Assembly (NCBI GenBank): GCA_900546845.1
Contig: UREK01000001.1
Span: 182,774 to 246,773, forward strand
Reading direction: 5' to 3'
Length of the DNA: 64,000 nt
Origin: an uncultured Eubacteriales bacterium
GTDB lineage: Bacteria; Bacillota; Clostridia; Christensenellales; CAG-138
This document shows, piece by piece, positions 1 through 8,928 of this stretch; position 1 is the first letter of the stretch; every line of letters begins with the position of its first letter. The position numbers and the translations under genes were made by a program. The notes under the pieces were generated by a model, which worked only from the letters and a program-made list of their open reading frames with translations, was not told the DNA's origin and made no database searches.

Positions 1-19
1 TCCGTATCATGCAAAAACC

Positions 20-655
20 TCATTTCAGCGCGGTGAGCGCGGAGAGCTTTTCCTGCATCTCCCGCACACGCGCGTTTTTAAACTTGTAGCTCACCTTGTT
101 GGCGATGAACCGGGCGCTGATGGGCACGACCTCCTCGAGCGGCATGAGGCCGTTTTCCCTGAGCGTCGCCCCCGTTTCCACGATGTCCACGATCACGTCC
201 GAAAGGCCGAGCAGCGGCGCGATCTCGATGGAGCCGTTGAGCTTGATGATGTCGATGTCCCGGCTCTGCGCGGCGAAGTACGCGCTTGCGATGTGCGGGA
301 ACTTCGTGGCGACGCGCAGCGCGCGCCCTGCCTCCTCCAGCGCGCCGGGGCATCCGGCCACCATCATGCGGCATCTGCCCATCCCGAGGTCGCAGAGCTC
401 GTAAACCTCGGGCGCGTACTCTAAAAGAATATCCTTGCCCGCAACGCCAACGTCCGCCGCGCCGCGCTCCACGTAGATCGCCACATCGGAGGGCTTCGCC
501 CAGAAATAGCGCACGCGCGCTTCCTCGTTCTCGAAGATCAGCTTGCGGTTGTCCTCCCGGATGGCGGGGCAGCCGAAGCCGATGCGTTCAAACAAATCGT
601 AAGCCTTTTCGCCGAGCCTGCCCTTTGGCAGCGCGACGCTGATCCAATCCTGCAA
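20..655 (-). CDS. hisG: ATP phosphoribosyltransferase, short (HisZ-dependent) form
   Basis: Last 211 codons of track ORF 20..814(-) carry HisG hallmarks: QDWISVALPKGRLGEKAYDLFERIGF...GAADVGVAGKDILLE...IVDIVETGATLRENGL. Proposed TTG start at 655 follows a GGAAAGGA SD-like run just after the hisZ stop (672). The upstream part of the track ORF is Arg-rich and overlaps hisZ. Start choice is inference. Confidence 0.85.
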   Translation of the reverse strand: MQDWISVALPKGRLGEKAYDLFERIGFGCPAIREDNRKLIFENEEARVRYFWAKPSDVAIYVERGAADVGVAGKDILLEYAPEVYELCDLGMGRCRMMVAGCPGALEEAGRALRVATKFPHIASAYFAAQSRDIDIIKLNGSIEIAPLLGLSDVIVDIVETGATLRENGLMPLEEVVPISARFIANKVSYKFKNARVREMQEKLSALTALK

Positions 656-671
656 AGCGGTATCCTTTCCG

Positions 672-1775
672 TTACTTGCTTTCCTCCGCTCCGATGCGGA
701 GCGTTTCCCTGGCGCGCACCGCGCCGTCCTCCGCCGCGCGCACCGTGACGCGCTTGCCCGCCGCCGCAAGCTCCCTTGCCCGCCGGAGCGCTTCCGGCGC
801 GTCTGCGTCCGCACCGCAAAGCAGCAGCACGTCCGCGTCGTAAGCGGCGTTTGGTGCGCCTAGGCTGTCGAGCAGCCCAACGTTCACCGCAAAGCCGATC
901 GCCCCGCCGGGCTTGTGCATCCGGCGCAGGAGGCTGTCATACCGCCCGCCGGAAAGCACGCACGCATGCAGCTCCGGCAAAAAGCCCTGGAAGATCACGC
1001 CGTTGTAATAAGAAAGATCGTTCAAAAGCGAAAAATCCAAATTTACGCCGCCGCAGCCCGCATGCGCGAGCGCGCCGCAAAGCGCGGAAAGCTCCGCGAT
1101 GGCCGCATGCGTAGTTTGATTCACATCAAGCGTGCGTACTTCCTTGAGGACTTCCTCCGAAGGGCCGTACAGGCCGGAAAGCCGCTTGAGCTTTTCCGCA
1201 AGCGCCGCGTCCACGCCGTTTGCCGCGCAAAGTGCCGTAAGCTCGTGCGCGTTCTTTGCGCGGATGCGGGAGGAAAGCTCTGCCTGTGTGTGCGCGGGGA
1301 GGCCCGTCTCCGCCAGAAGACCCCCCGCAAGGCCCACATGCGAAACGTCCATGATAAAGCTCGGGGAGAGTGCGGAGAGGCTGTCGAGCGCGAGGGAAAG
1401 CACCTCACACATGGCGTAAAGCCCGATCTCCCCGATGTACTCGAGGCCCACTTGCGGGATCTCCCGGAAGGAGCGCATGCCGCCCGCCGCGCGGTACACC
1501 GTCTCGCTGTAGCAAAGGCGCTGCGGCAGCGGAGAACCCTCCTTCACGCTGCGCACGATGGAAAGCGTGATGTCCGGCTTGAGCGCAAGGAGCTTGCCGC
1601 TTGGGTCATGAAAGGTCAGGATGTTCTCGGCCTGCAAAAAGCCGCGGTATTCCGCGTAAAAATCGTATTCTTCGAACTTGCTCATGCGGAACTCGCGGTA
1701 GCCATATTGCGCATACAGGGCCGTGAGCTCCAAAATGGCGCGTTCGCTGCGCTTGCGCGCGGCAGGTGCGTTCAT
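672..1775 (-). CDS. hisZ: ATP phosphoribosyltransferase regulatory subunit (HisRS-like)
   Basis: ORF 672..1814(-) contains ELTALYAQYGYREFRMSKFEEYDFY...LKPDITLSIVR (class II aaRS-like HisZ). It sits directly upstream of short hisG. Start taken at MNAPAARK (1775), preceded by GGAGGG. Confidence 0.85.
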   Translation of the reverse strand: MNAPAARKRSERAILELTALYAQYGYREFRMSKFEEYDFYAEYRGFLQAENILTFHDPSGKLLALKPDITLSIVRSVKEGSPLPQRLCYSETVYRAAGGMRSFREIPQVGLEYIGEIGLYAMCEVLSLALDSLSALSPSFIMDVSHVGLAGGLLAETGLPAHTQAELSSRIRAKNAHELTALCAANGVDAALAEKLKRLSGLYGPSEEVLKEVRTLDVNQTTHAAIAELSALCGALAHAGCGGVNLDFSLLNDLSYYNGVIFQGFLPELHACVLSGGRYDSLLRRMHKPGGAIGFAVNVGLLDSLGAPNAAYDADVLLLCGADADAPEALRRARELAAAGKRVTVRAAEDGAVRARETLRIGAEESK

Positions 1776-1968
1776 GTTGCCCTCCGTGTTTGACGATTGC
1801 ATGCAGTATAGCACGTTTGAGTGCTTTAGTCAAGCAAAGTGATAAATCAATAAAGCGAACGGAGCATTTTATTTGCTGCTATATAACCGGAAGCGCGGCA
1901 GCGTCAAGATGAAACCGGCGTGCGGATGTGCTAAAATAAAGGAAATTGGGAAAGCGGGGGGATTGCGC

Positions 1969-2727
1969 ATGGACGAAAAGCCGGAGCAGGTGCAAAAACG
2001 CTTTTTGGAGCTTGCGGAACGGGCATACCAAAACGGGACATATACGTTCACGCCGTTCCTTGGCTTGCAGGAGCAGAGCGTGTTCCACGGCATGGCGCGG
2101 GCGCTTGCCCATGTGCCATGGGAAGCCTCCGGCGGCATGGAGGGCTGTGAGCGCAAGCTCGTGCGCTTCGGTTCGGAAGCGCTTTGCGGGTATGTGCAGC
2201 CGTTCCCGATCGCCTGCGTGGCCATCCGGCCAGGGAACGCAAAGTTCGCGGAGCAGCTTACGCACCGGGATTTCCTCGGCGCGTTGATGGGGCTTGGCGT
2301 GGAGCGGGATACGCTTGGGGACATCGTGGTACGGGAAAAGGAAGCGTATGTGTTCTGCCTCGCGCGCATCGCGCCGTTTTTGGTGGAAAATCTTTCTGAG
2401 GTGCGCCGCACGCGCGTGCGCTGCTCCATCGCGGAAGCCCTGCCGGAGGGCGCGCTCTTCCGGGTGGAGGAAAAGACGGTACAGGTCGCTTCCGTGCGTG
2501 CGGATGCGCTCTGCGCCCATGTTTGGAACCTCTCCCGGGGCGACAGCCTCGCGTTGTTCCAAGCGGGGCGCGTGTTCCTCAACGGGCGGCTCTGCGAAAA
2601 CGGCGCGGCAGCGCTGCGCGAGGGGGATGTGCTCTCCGTGCGCGGCCATGGGCGCTTCATTTTCCGCGGCGTGCGCGGCATGACGAAAAAAGGCCGGTGC
2701 AACGCGCTGGTGGAGGTTTACGTTTGA
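1969..2727 (+). CDS. S4-domain RNA-binding protein, YlmH-like
   Basis: ORF 1873..2727(+). From MDEKPEQVQKRFLELAERAYQNGTYTFTPFL (typical YlmH N-terminus) to the C-terminal S4-like RADALCAHVWNLSRGDSLALFQAGRVFLNG. Internal ATG at 1969 follows a G-rich SD. Confidence 0.7.
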   Translation: MDEKPEQVQKRFLELAERAYQNGTYTFTPFLGLQEQSVFHGMARALAHVPWEASGGMEGCERKLVRFGSEALCGYVQPFPIACVAIRPGNAKFAEQLTHRDFLGALMGLGVERDTLGDIVVREKEAYVFCLARIAPFLVENLSEVRRTRVRCSIAEALPEGALFRVEEKTVQVASVRADALCAHVWNLSRGDSLALFQAGRVFLNGRLCENGAAALREGDVLSVRGHGRFIFRGVRGMTKKGRCNALVEVYV

Positions 2728-2749
2728 TTGAGTGAGGGTGGGGAGGCGC

Positions 2750-3325
2750 TTACCGCAGCGGCCGCATCGGCTTCAGGGATTCTTCCTCGACGAAGTTTTC
2801 CCCAAGCGCTTCCTTGACGCGGCGTTCCAGCGTTTCCACGCCATAGAGCGTGCGGTCCACGAACACGATGGTATCGTCCCGCATGATGATGCGCGTGCCG
2901 TCCATCCTCCGCTTGCTTTTGCCGATGGGGACGATGCGGCGCACGTCCGCGAAGCGGTATGTCGTTTCCTTGCCGGCCATGGTGCGGCAGGTGAAGCTCT
3001 CTTCATCCACCGTGATGCGCCAAAACAGGCTGTGCACCAGGTAATACAGCGCGGCGAATGCAAACAGGATGAAGAGCGCAAGCGGCAGCGCTCTTGTGAT
3101 TGAACCAGTAACGAGCGGGGCAAGCACGCCGAGCAGCAGCAGCAATGTGCTGAGGGAGGAGCGCCAGTCCGATTTGATGACGATGCGGCCGGAACCCGTC
3201 CCAGCTTTCGCACGCTCGGCCTTTACCGCATGGCGCACGCGGAAATAATCCCAGATCTTGAACGCGGTGCCTACGAGGCACAGGATGAACAGAAGCAGGA
3301 AGCTGATGTATTCTTTCTCGGTCAT
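2750..3325 (-). CDS. hypothetical membrane protein (about 3 TM segments plus a soluble C-terminal domain)
   Basis: ORF 2750..3364(-). Hydrophobic segments ISFLLLFILCLVGTAF, LLLLLGVLAPLV and LALFILFAFAALYYLV. Start taken at MTEKEY (3325). No family recognised. Confidence 0.55.
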   Translation of the reverse strand: MTEKEYISFLLLFILCLVGTAFKIWDYFRVRHAVKAERAKAGTGSGRIVIKSDWRSSLSTLLLLLGVLAPLVTGSITRALPLALFILFAFAALYYLVHSLFWRITVDEESFTCRTMAGKETTYRFADVRRIVPIGKSKRRMDGTRIIMRDDTIVFVDRTLYGVETLERRVKEALGENFVEEESLKPMRPLR

Positions 3326-3470
3326 TTGTTTCAAGTCTCCTTCGCACGCGCTTTCACATGGCACGGCTATCGTAATTAGTTAAAAAAGAAGGACATGCCG
3401 TTATCATACCAAGCTGCGGCGCGGTTGTAAAGCCCGCATGTGCGGCTGGGCCGCGCGGCATACTAAGCGC

Positions 3471-3848
3471 ATGAAGAAAGAACGTTCCGTTTGGAATAAA
3501 AATTGGAAGAAGTGGGCCGCCGGCCTCGTGACGGGCGGCTGCAACGGCCTGTTCGGCGGCGGAGGGGGCATGGTCGCCGTGCCGCTGCTCCAGAAGGTGT
3601 GCGGCATGGATACGCCGAGCGCCCATGCGAGCGCGATCAGCATCATCCTTCCGCTTTCCGCGGTAACGGGCGCGGTTTACGCGCTGCAGGGCGCGGTGGA
3701 CTGGCATGCGTTCGCTTTTGTCGCCCCGGCGCTGACGGTGGGCAGTGTGGGCGGCGCTTTTCTGACGGGGAAGCTCAAGTCCGCCTGGCTGGACAACATC
3801 TTTACCGCGATGATGTTCCTTGCGGGCGCTTGGATGGCGTTCGCATGA
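3471..3848 (+). CDS. TauE/SafE (TSUP) family half-size membrane protein, N-half
   Basis: ORF 3438..3848(+) contains GLVTGGCNGLFGGGGGMVAVPLL, a TSUP glycine-rich motif. About 125 aa. Its stop overlaps the next start (ATGA at 3845). Confidence 0.7.
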   Translation: MKKERSVWNKNWKKWAAGLVTGGCNGLFGGGGGMVAVPLLQKVCGMDTPSAHASAISIILPLSAVTGAVYALQGAVDWHAFAFVAPALTVGSVGGAFLTGKLKSAWLDNIFTAMMFLAGAWMAFA

Positions 3849-4210
3849 GCTGGCTCTGGTACATTTTAGCAGGGCTCGGGGCGGGCGTGGCGGCCGGCAT
3901 GGGCATGGGCGGCGGCACGCTCCTTATCCCCGTGCTGACGCTGGCGCTTGGGTTGCAGCAGCATGCGGCGCAGGGCGTGAACGTGCTTTCCTTCCTGCCG
4001 GCAGCCGTGGCGGCGCTCATTATCCACGCGAAGGCGGGGCGGCTCCAGCTTCGCGCCTGCCTGCCGGTGATCCTTGCCGGTGCGGTGGGCGCGCTCGGCG
4101 CTTCCTTCCTGGCCGGGGCGCTTTCAGCCCCCTGGCTCCGGCGCATGTTCGGCGGTTTTTTAATCCTTTTGGCATGCATGCGTATTTTTGGAAAAAGGTT
4201 AAAAAAATAA
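3845..4210 (+). CDS. TauE/SafE (TSUP) family half-size membrane protein, C-half
   Basis: In-frame part of ORF 3503..4210(+) starting MSWLWYILAGLGAGVAAGMGMGGGTLLIPVL. This is a second TSUP repeat unit, translationally coupled to the previous gene. Confidence 0.7.
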   Translation: MSWLWYILAGLGAGVAAGMGMGGGTLLIPVLTLALGLQQHAAQGVNVLSFLPAAVAALIIHAKAGRLQLRACLPVILAGAVGALGASFLAGALSAPWLRRMFGGFLILLACMRIFGKRLKK

Positions 4211-4378
4211 CAGGAACGTCATTCAAAACACAGGTCTAAAACAACAAAAAAATCTGGAATTAAGGCAAAAAATCGCGCAAATTTGATGCAAGCCGAAAAT
4301 ATATGTGCTATAATAACCTTTGGAAATTATGTTCATACAATTACTATATGAGCAATTTTATTCAACTCCGAAAGGCTG

Positions 4379-5719
4379 GTGCTTTATTTGCCGAAGTATT
4401 CTTTCAAGGGCGGCGTACACCCCATGCATGGTGAGCATGAGGGGAAGATGCCCACCCGAAACGTCCCCATTCGAGACTTCGTGTCCGATACGGTTTGCAT
4501 TCCCATGGGCATGCATTTGGGCGCTCCGTCCAAGCCCTGTGTGAAGAAGGGCGACCTTGTCAAGATCGGCCAGGTGATCGGCGAGCCGGTCGGCGGCCTT
4601 GGGCTGCCCGTGCATGCGAGCGTCTCCGGCGAGGTTGTGGCGGTGGAAGAACGCCAGCACCTCGGCGCGGCTCCCGCCATGTGCGTTGTGATCCGCAACG
4701 ATTTTGCGGACGAGTGGGTGGAAGGCATCAAGGGCTATGGCAACGTGGAAACCGTTGACCCCGCCCTGGTTATCCCGGCCATCAAAGCCGCGGGCATCTG
4801 CGGCATGGGCGGCGCGTCCTTCCCAACGCATGTGAAGCTTTCCATCCCCGAGGGGAAGACCTGCGACACCATCATCCTCAACGGCGCCGAGTGCGAGACG
4901 TTCCTGACGGCGGATTTCCGGCTGATGATCGAGCATCCCGGCAAGATCGTGGACGGCCTGCGCGCCGTCATGCGCGCACTCAGCGTCAAGCGCGGCGTGA
5001 TCGCCATCGAGGACAATAAGCCCGAGGCCATTGAGGCCATGCGCAAAGCGGCTTCCGGCCGCGAGGGCGTGGAGATCGCCGTGATGCGCACCAAATACCC
5101 GCAGGGCGGAGAGAAGCAGATCATCAAGGCCGTGACGGGCCGCGAGGTCCCGAGCGGCAAGCTGCCCATCGAGGTGCACACGATCGTGATGAACGTGGGA
5201 ACCGCCGCGGCTGTGGCGGATGCGGTGATCGACGGACGCCCCTTGATCGACCGCATCACCACAGTTACGGGCTGCGTCGAGAAGCCGGCGAACCTGCGCC
5301 TCAGGATCGGCACGATCATCGGCGACGTGATCGGCGAATGCGGCGGGTTCTCCGAGGAACCCGGAAAGATCGTTTTTGGCGGCGGCATGACCGGGCTTTG
5401 CGTTCCGGATACGGACGTACCGATGACCAAGGCAAATAACGGCATTGTCGTATATAACGTAAAAGACGCGCGCAGCGTGGAGGAATCCCCTTGCATCCGC
5501 TGCGGGCGCTGCGTGGAAGCGTGCCCGATCGGCCTTGACCCTTACCGCATCAAGCATTACTGCGACAAGGGCGACCTTGCCGCCGCAAAGGAGCACCACG
5601 TGCTCGACTGCATCCTCTGCGGCTGCTGCTCGTACAACTGCCCGGCAAGGCGCTGGCTGACGGCGTCCTTCAAGAACACCAAGGACGCGATCGCGCTTGA
5701 AGCAAGGAGGAAAAAGTAA
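4379..5719 (+). CDS. rnfC: Rnf electron-transport complex subunit C
   Basis: 446 aa. N-terminal FKGGVHP, then GMGGASFPTHVK and two ferredoxin motifs (CIRCGRCVEACP, CILCGCCSYNCP). First gene of the rnf operon. GTG start as in the track. Confidence 0.9.
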   Translation: MLYLPKYSFKGGVHPMHGEHEGKMPTRNVPIRDFVSDTVCIPMGMHLGAPSKPCVKKGDLVKIGQVIGEPVGGLGLPVHASVSGEVVAVEERQHLGAAPAMCVVIRNDFADEWVEGIKGYGNVETVDPALVIPAIKAAGICGMGGASFPTHVKLSIPEGKTCDTIILNGAECETFLTADFRLMIEHPGKIVDGLRAVMRALSVKRGVIAIEDNKPEAIEAMRKAASGREGVEIAVMRTKYPQGGEKQIIKAVTGREVPSGKLPIEVHTIVMNVGTAAAVADAVIDGRPLIDRITTVTGCVEKPANLRLRIGTIIGDVIGECGGFSEEPGKIVFGGGMTGLCVPDTDVPMTKANNGIVVYNVKDARSVEESPCIRCGRCVEACPIGLDPYRIKHYCDKGDLAAAKEHHVLDCILCGCCSYNCPARRWLTASFKNTKDAIALEARRKK

Positions 5720-5721
5720 CC

Positions 5722-6669
5722 ATGAAGCTTTACCTTTCCACGGCGCCGCACATCCGCAGCGGAGCCAATACGCAGGTGCTCATGCGCGATGTGCTCATCG
5801 CGCTGCTCCCCACGACGGCTGCGGGCATCTACTATTTCGGCCTTTCCGCCGCAATGGTGATCGCCGTTTCCATCCTCTCCTGCGTGCTGTTTGAGTATCT
5901 CTGGCAGCGCGTTACGAAGCAGCCTGTCCGCATCTACGACCTTTCCGCGGCGGTGACCGGCCTGATCCTTGGCCTGAACCTGCCTTCGACCGCACCCTGG
6001 TGGATGCCGGTGATCGGCGCGCTGTTTGCGATCGTCGTCACTAAGCAGCTCTTCGGCGGCATCGGCGACAACTTCCTGAATCCGGCGCTGGTCGCGCGTG
6101 CGGTTCTGCTCGCAAGCTGGCCCGCCCGCATGACGGGCGCGACCGCCTATGCGCTCCCGACCTGCTGGAGCGGCGCGGACGCAGTAACCTCCGCGACCCC
6201 GCTCGCCGGTTACGAGGCGAGCACGATGGATCTTTTCCTCGGCAACATCCCGGGCAGCATCGGCGAGGTCTGCAAGGCGGCGATCCTCCTTGGCCTCATC
6301 TACCTGCTCGTGCGCAGGGTGATCTCCTGGCGCATCCCCGTGACGTTCCTCGCGGTGTTCGCAGCGCTCTCGGCTCTCGTCGGCCAGAACGCGCTCAACG
6401 AGCTGCTCATGGGCGGCGTGCTCTTCGGCGCGGTGTTCATGGCGACGGATTACACCACGAGCCCCATGACGGCGCGCGGCCAGATCATCTACGCGGCGCT
6501 TTGCGGCGTCCTCGTATGCGTGATCCGCAACTTCGGCGCATATCCGGAGGGCGTAACCTACGCAATCCTCATCGGCAACATTGCAACGCCGCTGATCGAC
6601 AAGTACGACAAGCCCCGGCTTTATGGCCGCCTGAAAAAGGAAAAGAAGGAGGGTACAGCCAATGCCTAA
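5722..6669 (+). CDS. rnfD: Rnf complex subunit D
   Basis: 315 aa polytopic protein with SGADAVTSATPLA (the RnfD/NqrB flavinylation-type SxATPL motif) and FMATDYTTSP. Confidence 0.9.
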   Translation: MKLYLSTAPHIRSGANTQVLMRDVLIALLPTTAAGIYYFGLSAAMVIAVSILSCVLFEYLWQRVTKQPVRIYDLSAAVTGLILGLNLPSTAPWWMPVIGALFAIVVTKQLFGGIGDNFLNPALVARAVLLASWPARMTGATAYALPTCWSGADAVTSATPLAGYEASTMDLFLGNIPGSIGEVCKAAILLGLIYLLVRRVISWRIPVTFLAVFAALSALVGQNALNELLMGGVLFGAVFMATDYTTSPMTARGQIIYAALCGVLVCVIRNFGAYPEGVTYAILIGNIATPLIDKYDKPRLYGRLKKEKKEGTANA

Positions 6670-7306
6670 AAAGGAAAAGAGCCTTTCGAGCGTGTTCATG
6701 AACGGCATCATCGCCGAAAACCCCACGCTCCGGCTGGTGCTCGGCACCTGCCCCACGCTTGCCACCACCACGAGCGCGACCAACGCCATCGGCATGGGCG
6801 CCGCGGCAACGTTCGTGCTCGTCGGCTCCAACGTGGTCATCTCGCTCCTGCGGAACATCATTCCGGATAAGGTGCGCATCCCGGCGTTTATCGCCGTCAT
6901 CTGCACGTTCGTGACCATGGTGCAGATGTTCATGCAGGCGTTTGCGCATGAACTGTATGAAAGCTTGGGCATGTTCATCCCGCTCATCGTGGTGAACTGC
7001 ATCATCCTTGCGCGTGCCGAAGCGTTCGCAAGCAAGAACGGCGTCGCCGCTTCCGCGGCGGACGGCCTTGGCATGGGGCTCGGCTTTACGCTTGCCATCA
7101 CGGTTATCGGCATCATCCGCGAGATCATCGGCAACGGCACCGTGTTCGGGTTCAACGTGCTCGGCGCGGGCTACGAGCCCATGCTCCTCATGGTTCTTGC
7201 GCCGGGCGGCTTCCTCGTGTTCGGCGGCGTGCTTGCGGTGAGCAACCTCATCACGCAGCGTGCGGAAGCAAAGAAAAAGGATGAGAAAGGGGTCATCCAC
7301 GCATGA
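6662..7306 (+). CDS. rnfE: Rnf complex subunit E
   Basis: 214 aa. NGIIAENPTLRLVLGTCPTLATT and IPLIVVNCIILARAE are typical of RnfE/NqrD. Overlaps the rnfD stop by 8 nt. Confidence 0.9.
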   Translation: MPKKEKSLSSVFMNGIIAENPTLRLVLGTCPTLATTTSATNAIGMGAAATFVLVGSNVVISLLRNIIPDKVRIPAFIAVICTFVTMVQMFMQAFAHELYESLGMFIPLIVVNCIILARAEAFASKNGVAASAADGLGMGLGFTLAITVIGIIREIIGNGTVFGFNVLGAGYEPMLLMVLAPGGFLVFGGVLAVSNLITQRAEAKKKDEKGVIHA

Positions 7307-7890
7307 ATGAGATTGCAAAAATCCTGCTGTTCATGGTGAGCTGCGTGCTCTCCAACAACTATATCTTCTCCCGCTTCCTGGGCATCTGCCCGTTCCTCGG
7401 CGTGTCCAGCAAGGTGGAGACGGCCGCGGGCATGGGCGTTGCGGTTACGTTCGTAATGGCGATCGCCTCGCTGTTCACGAAGCTGCTCTATGACCTCGTG
7501 CTCGTGCCGCTCTCGCTTGAGTACCTCAACACCATCTGCTTCATCATTGTTATCGCAAGCCTGGTGCAGCTGGTCGAGATGTTCATCAAAAAATCGAGCC
7601 CTTCGCTGTATCGTGCGCTGGGCATTTACCTGCCCCTCATCACCACCAACTGTGCGGTGCTGGGCGTGACCATCCTGAACATCAACAGCGGCTATAACCT
7701 GTTCTATTCCATCCTCAATGGTACGTTCGGCGCGCTTGGATTCCTGCTGGCGATCGTCCTCATGGCGGGCGTGCGTGAGCGGCTGGAAACCTCGAAAGTC
7801 CCCCAATGCCTCAAGGGCTTTTCCGGTTCGCTCATCACTGCGGGCCTGATGGCGGTGGCGTTCATGGGCTTTTCGGGCCTTGGAAATTAA
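7303..7890 (+). CDS. rnfA: Rnf complex subunit A
   Basis: 195 aa. NNYIFSRFLGICPFLGVS and YLPLITTNCAVLG are typical of RnfA/NqrE. ATGA overlap with rnfE. Confidence 0.9.
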   Translation: MNEIAKILLFMVSCVLSNNYIFSRFLGICPFLGVSSKVETAAGMGVAVTFVMAIASLFTKLLYDLVLVPLSLEYLNTICFIIVIASLVQLVEMFIKKSSPSLYRALGIYLPLITTNCAVLGVTILNINSGYNLFYSILNGTFGALGFLLAIVLMAGVRERLETSKVPQCLKGFSGSLITAGLMAVAFMGFSGLGN

Positions 7891-7901
7891 GGAGGTAAGA
7901 T

Positions 7902-8711
7902 ATGGACTGGATTCCCGTTATCCTGGCATTGGCCGTGCTCGGCGTGATTGGCCTGATTTTCGGCCTTGTGCTCTCGTTTGCGGATAAGAAACTGAAGGTG
8001 GAGACCGACCCGCGCATCGCGCAGGTGCGCGAGCTTGTGGGCGGCGCGAACTGCGGCGCGTGCGGCTTTGCCGGGTGCGACGCGTTTGCCGAAGCCGTTG
8101 TGGAGGGCAAGGCGAAGCCGGGCGCATGCCCTGCCGCGAATGCGGAGGCCCTCGGCGCGGTGCTGGGCCTTTCCGTTGAGCAGGGCGAAAAGATGGTTGC
8201 CCGCGTGATCTGCCAAGGGCACAACGGCATTGCGACGGAGCGTTACACATACGATGGCTACAAGAGCTGCGCAACCGCGGCAGGCGTGGCAGGCGGCCCC
8301 AAACTTTGCCGCTTTGCCTGCATCGGCCTGGGCGACTGCGCGCAGGTCTGCGCGTTCGGCGCGATCAGCATGGAAAACGGCATTGCAAAGATCGACGAAA
8401 ACAAATGCGTGGCCTGCGGCAACTGCGTTGACAAGTGCCCGCGCAACGTGATCCGCATCACCCCTGCGGACACCAAGGTCATCGTGCTCTGCCGCAACAG
8501 CGATTCTGGCCGTGTGGCGCGTGCCGCGTGCATGAAGGCATGCATTGCCTGCCAGCGCTGCGTGAAAACCTGCAAGTACGGCGCGATCACAGTCGAAAAC
8601 GGCTTTGCGAAGATCGACCCCGAAAAGTGTACGCGCTGCGGCGAGTGCGCAAAGGTCTGCCCGTGCAACTGCATCGTGGATTATTCTGTGGTGACGCCTG
8701 CCGAGGCATAA
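7902..8711 (+). CDS. rnfB: Rnf complex subunit B (polyferredoxin)
   Basis: 269 aa. N-terminal TM helix, the GGANCGACGFAGC motif, and several CxxCxxCxxxCP clusters. Confidence 0.9.
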   Translation: MDWIPVILALAVLGVIGLIFGLVLSFADKKLKVETDPRIAQVRELVGGANCGACGFAGCDAFAEAVVEGKAKPGACPAANAEALGAVLGLSVEQGEKMVARVICQGHNGIATERYTYDGYKSCATAAGVAGGPKLCRFACIGLGDCAQVCAFGAISMENGIAKIDENKCVACGNCVDKCPRNVIRITPADTKVIVLCRNSDSGRVARAACMKACIACQRCVKTCKYGAITVENGFAKIDPEKCTRCGECAKVCPCNCIVDYSVVTPAEA

Positions 8712-8732
8712 CCGGCATAGAAACGAAAACCC

Positions 8733-8766
8733 ATGGGCGGCCCGGCTGGGCCGCCCATACGTTTGC
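8733..8766 (+). terminator. putative intrinsic terminator after rnfB
   Basis: Hairpin atgggcggccc/gggccgcccat (8733-8758) followed by a weak T tract. Confidence 0.4.
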
Positions 8767-8811
8767 ATAAAAAAGGCCTCTGCGGCAAACGGTAGAGCCA
8801 TCATAAAGCGG

Positions 8812-8855
8812 GAAGAAAACGCCGCCTATCCGGGCAAATCAGGATAGGCGGCGTT
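8812..8855 (-). terminator. intrinsic terminator of the lipid-kinase/PAP2 unit
   Basis: 14-bp stem aacgccgcctatcc/ggataggcggcgtt. On the minus strand it is followed by TTTTCTTC. Confidence 0.55.
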
Positions 8856-8928
8856 TCAGTACGGCATCAAAAACAGCAGCCGGCAAACTGCCTGCTACGA
8901 AAGAACACCTGCCTGAGCCGCGGCGTTG

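Noticed and set aside
1-10. An ATG (reverse complement of 8..10) preceded by GAGG just downstream of hisG, possibly the start of the next his gene
   Set aside because: Only three codons lie inside the window, so no product can be supported.
4358-7155. Minus-strand ORFs of 413, 253 and 532 aa across rnfC/D/E
   Set aside because: They are antisense to unmistakable Rnf subunits and contain no motifs. This is a GC-driven absence of stop codons.
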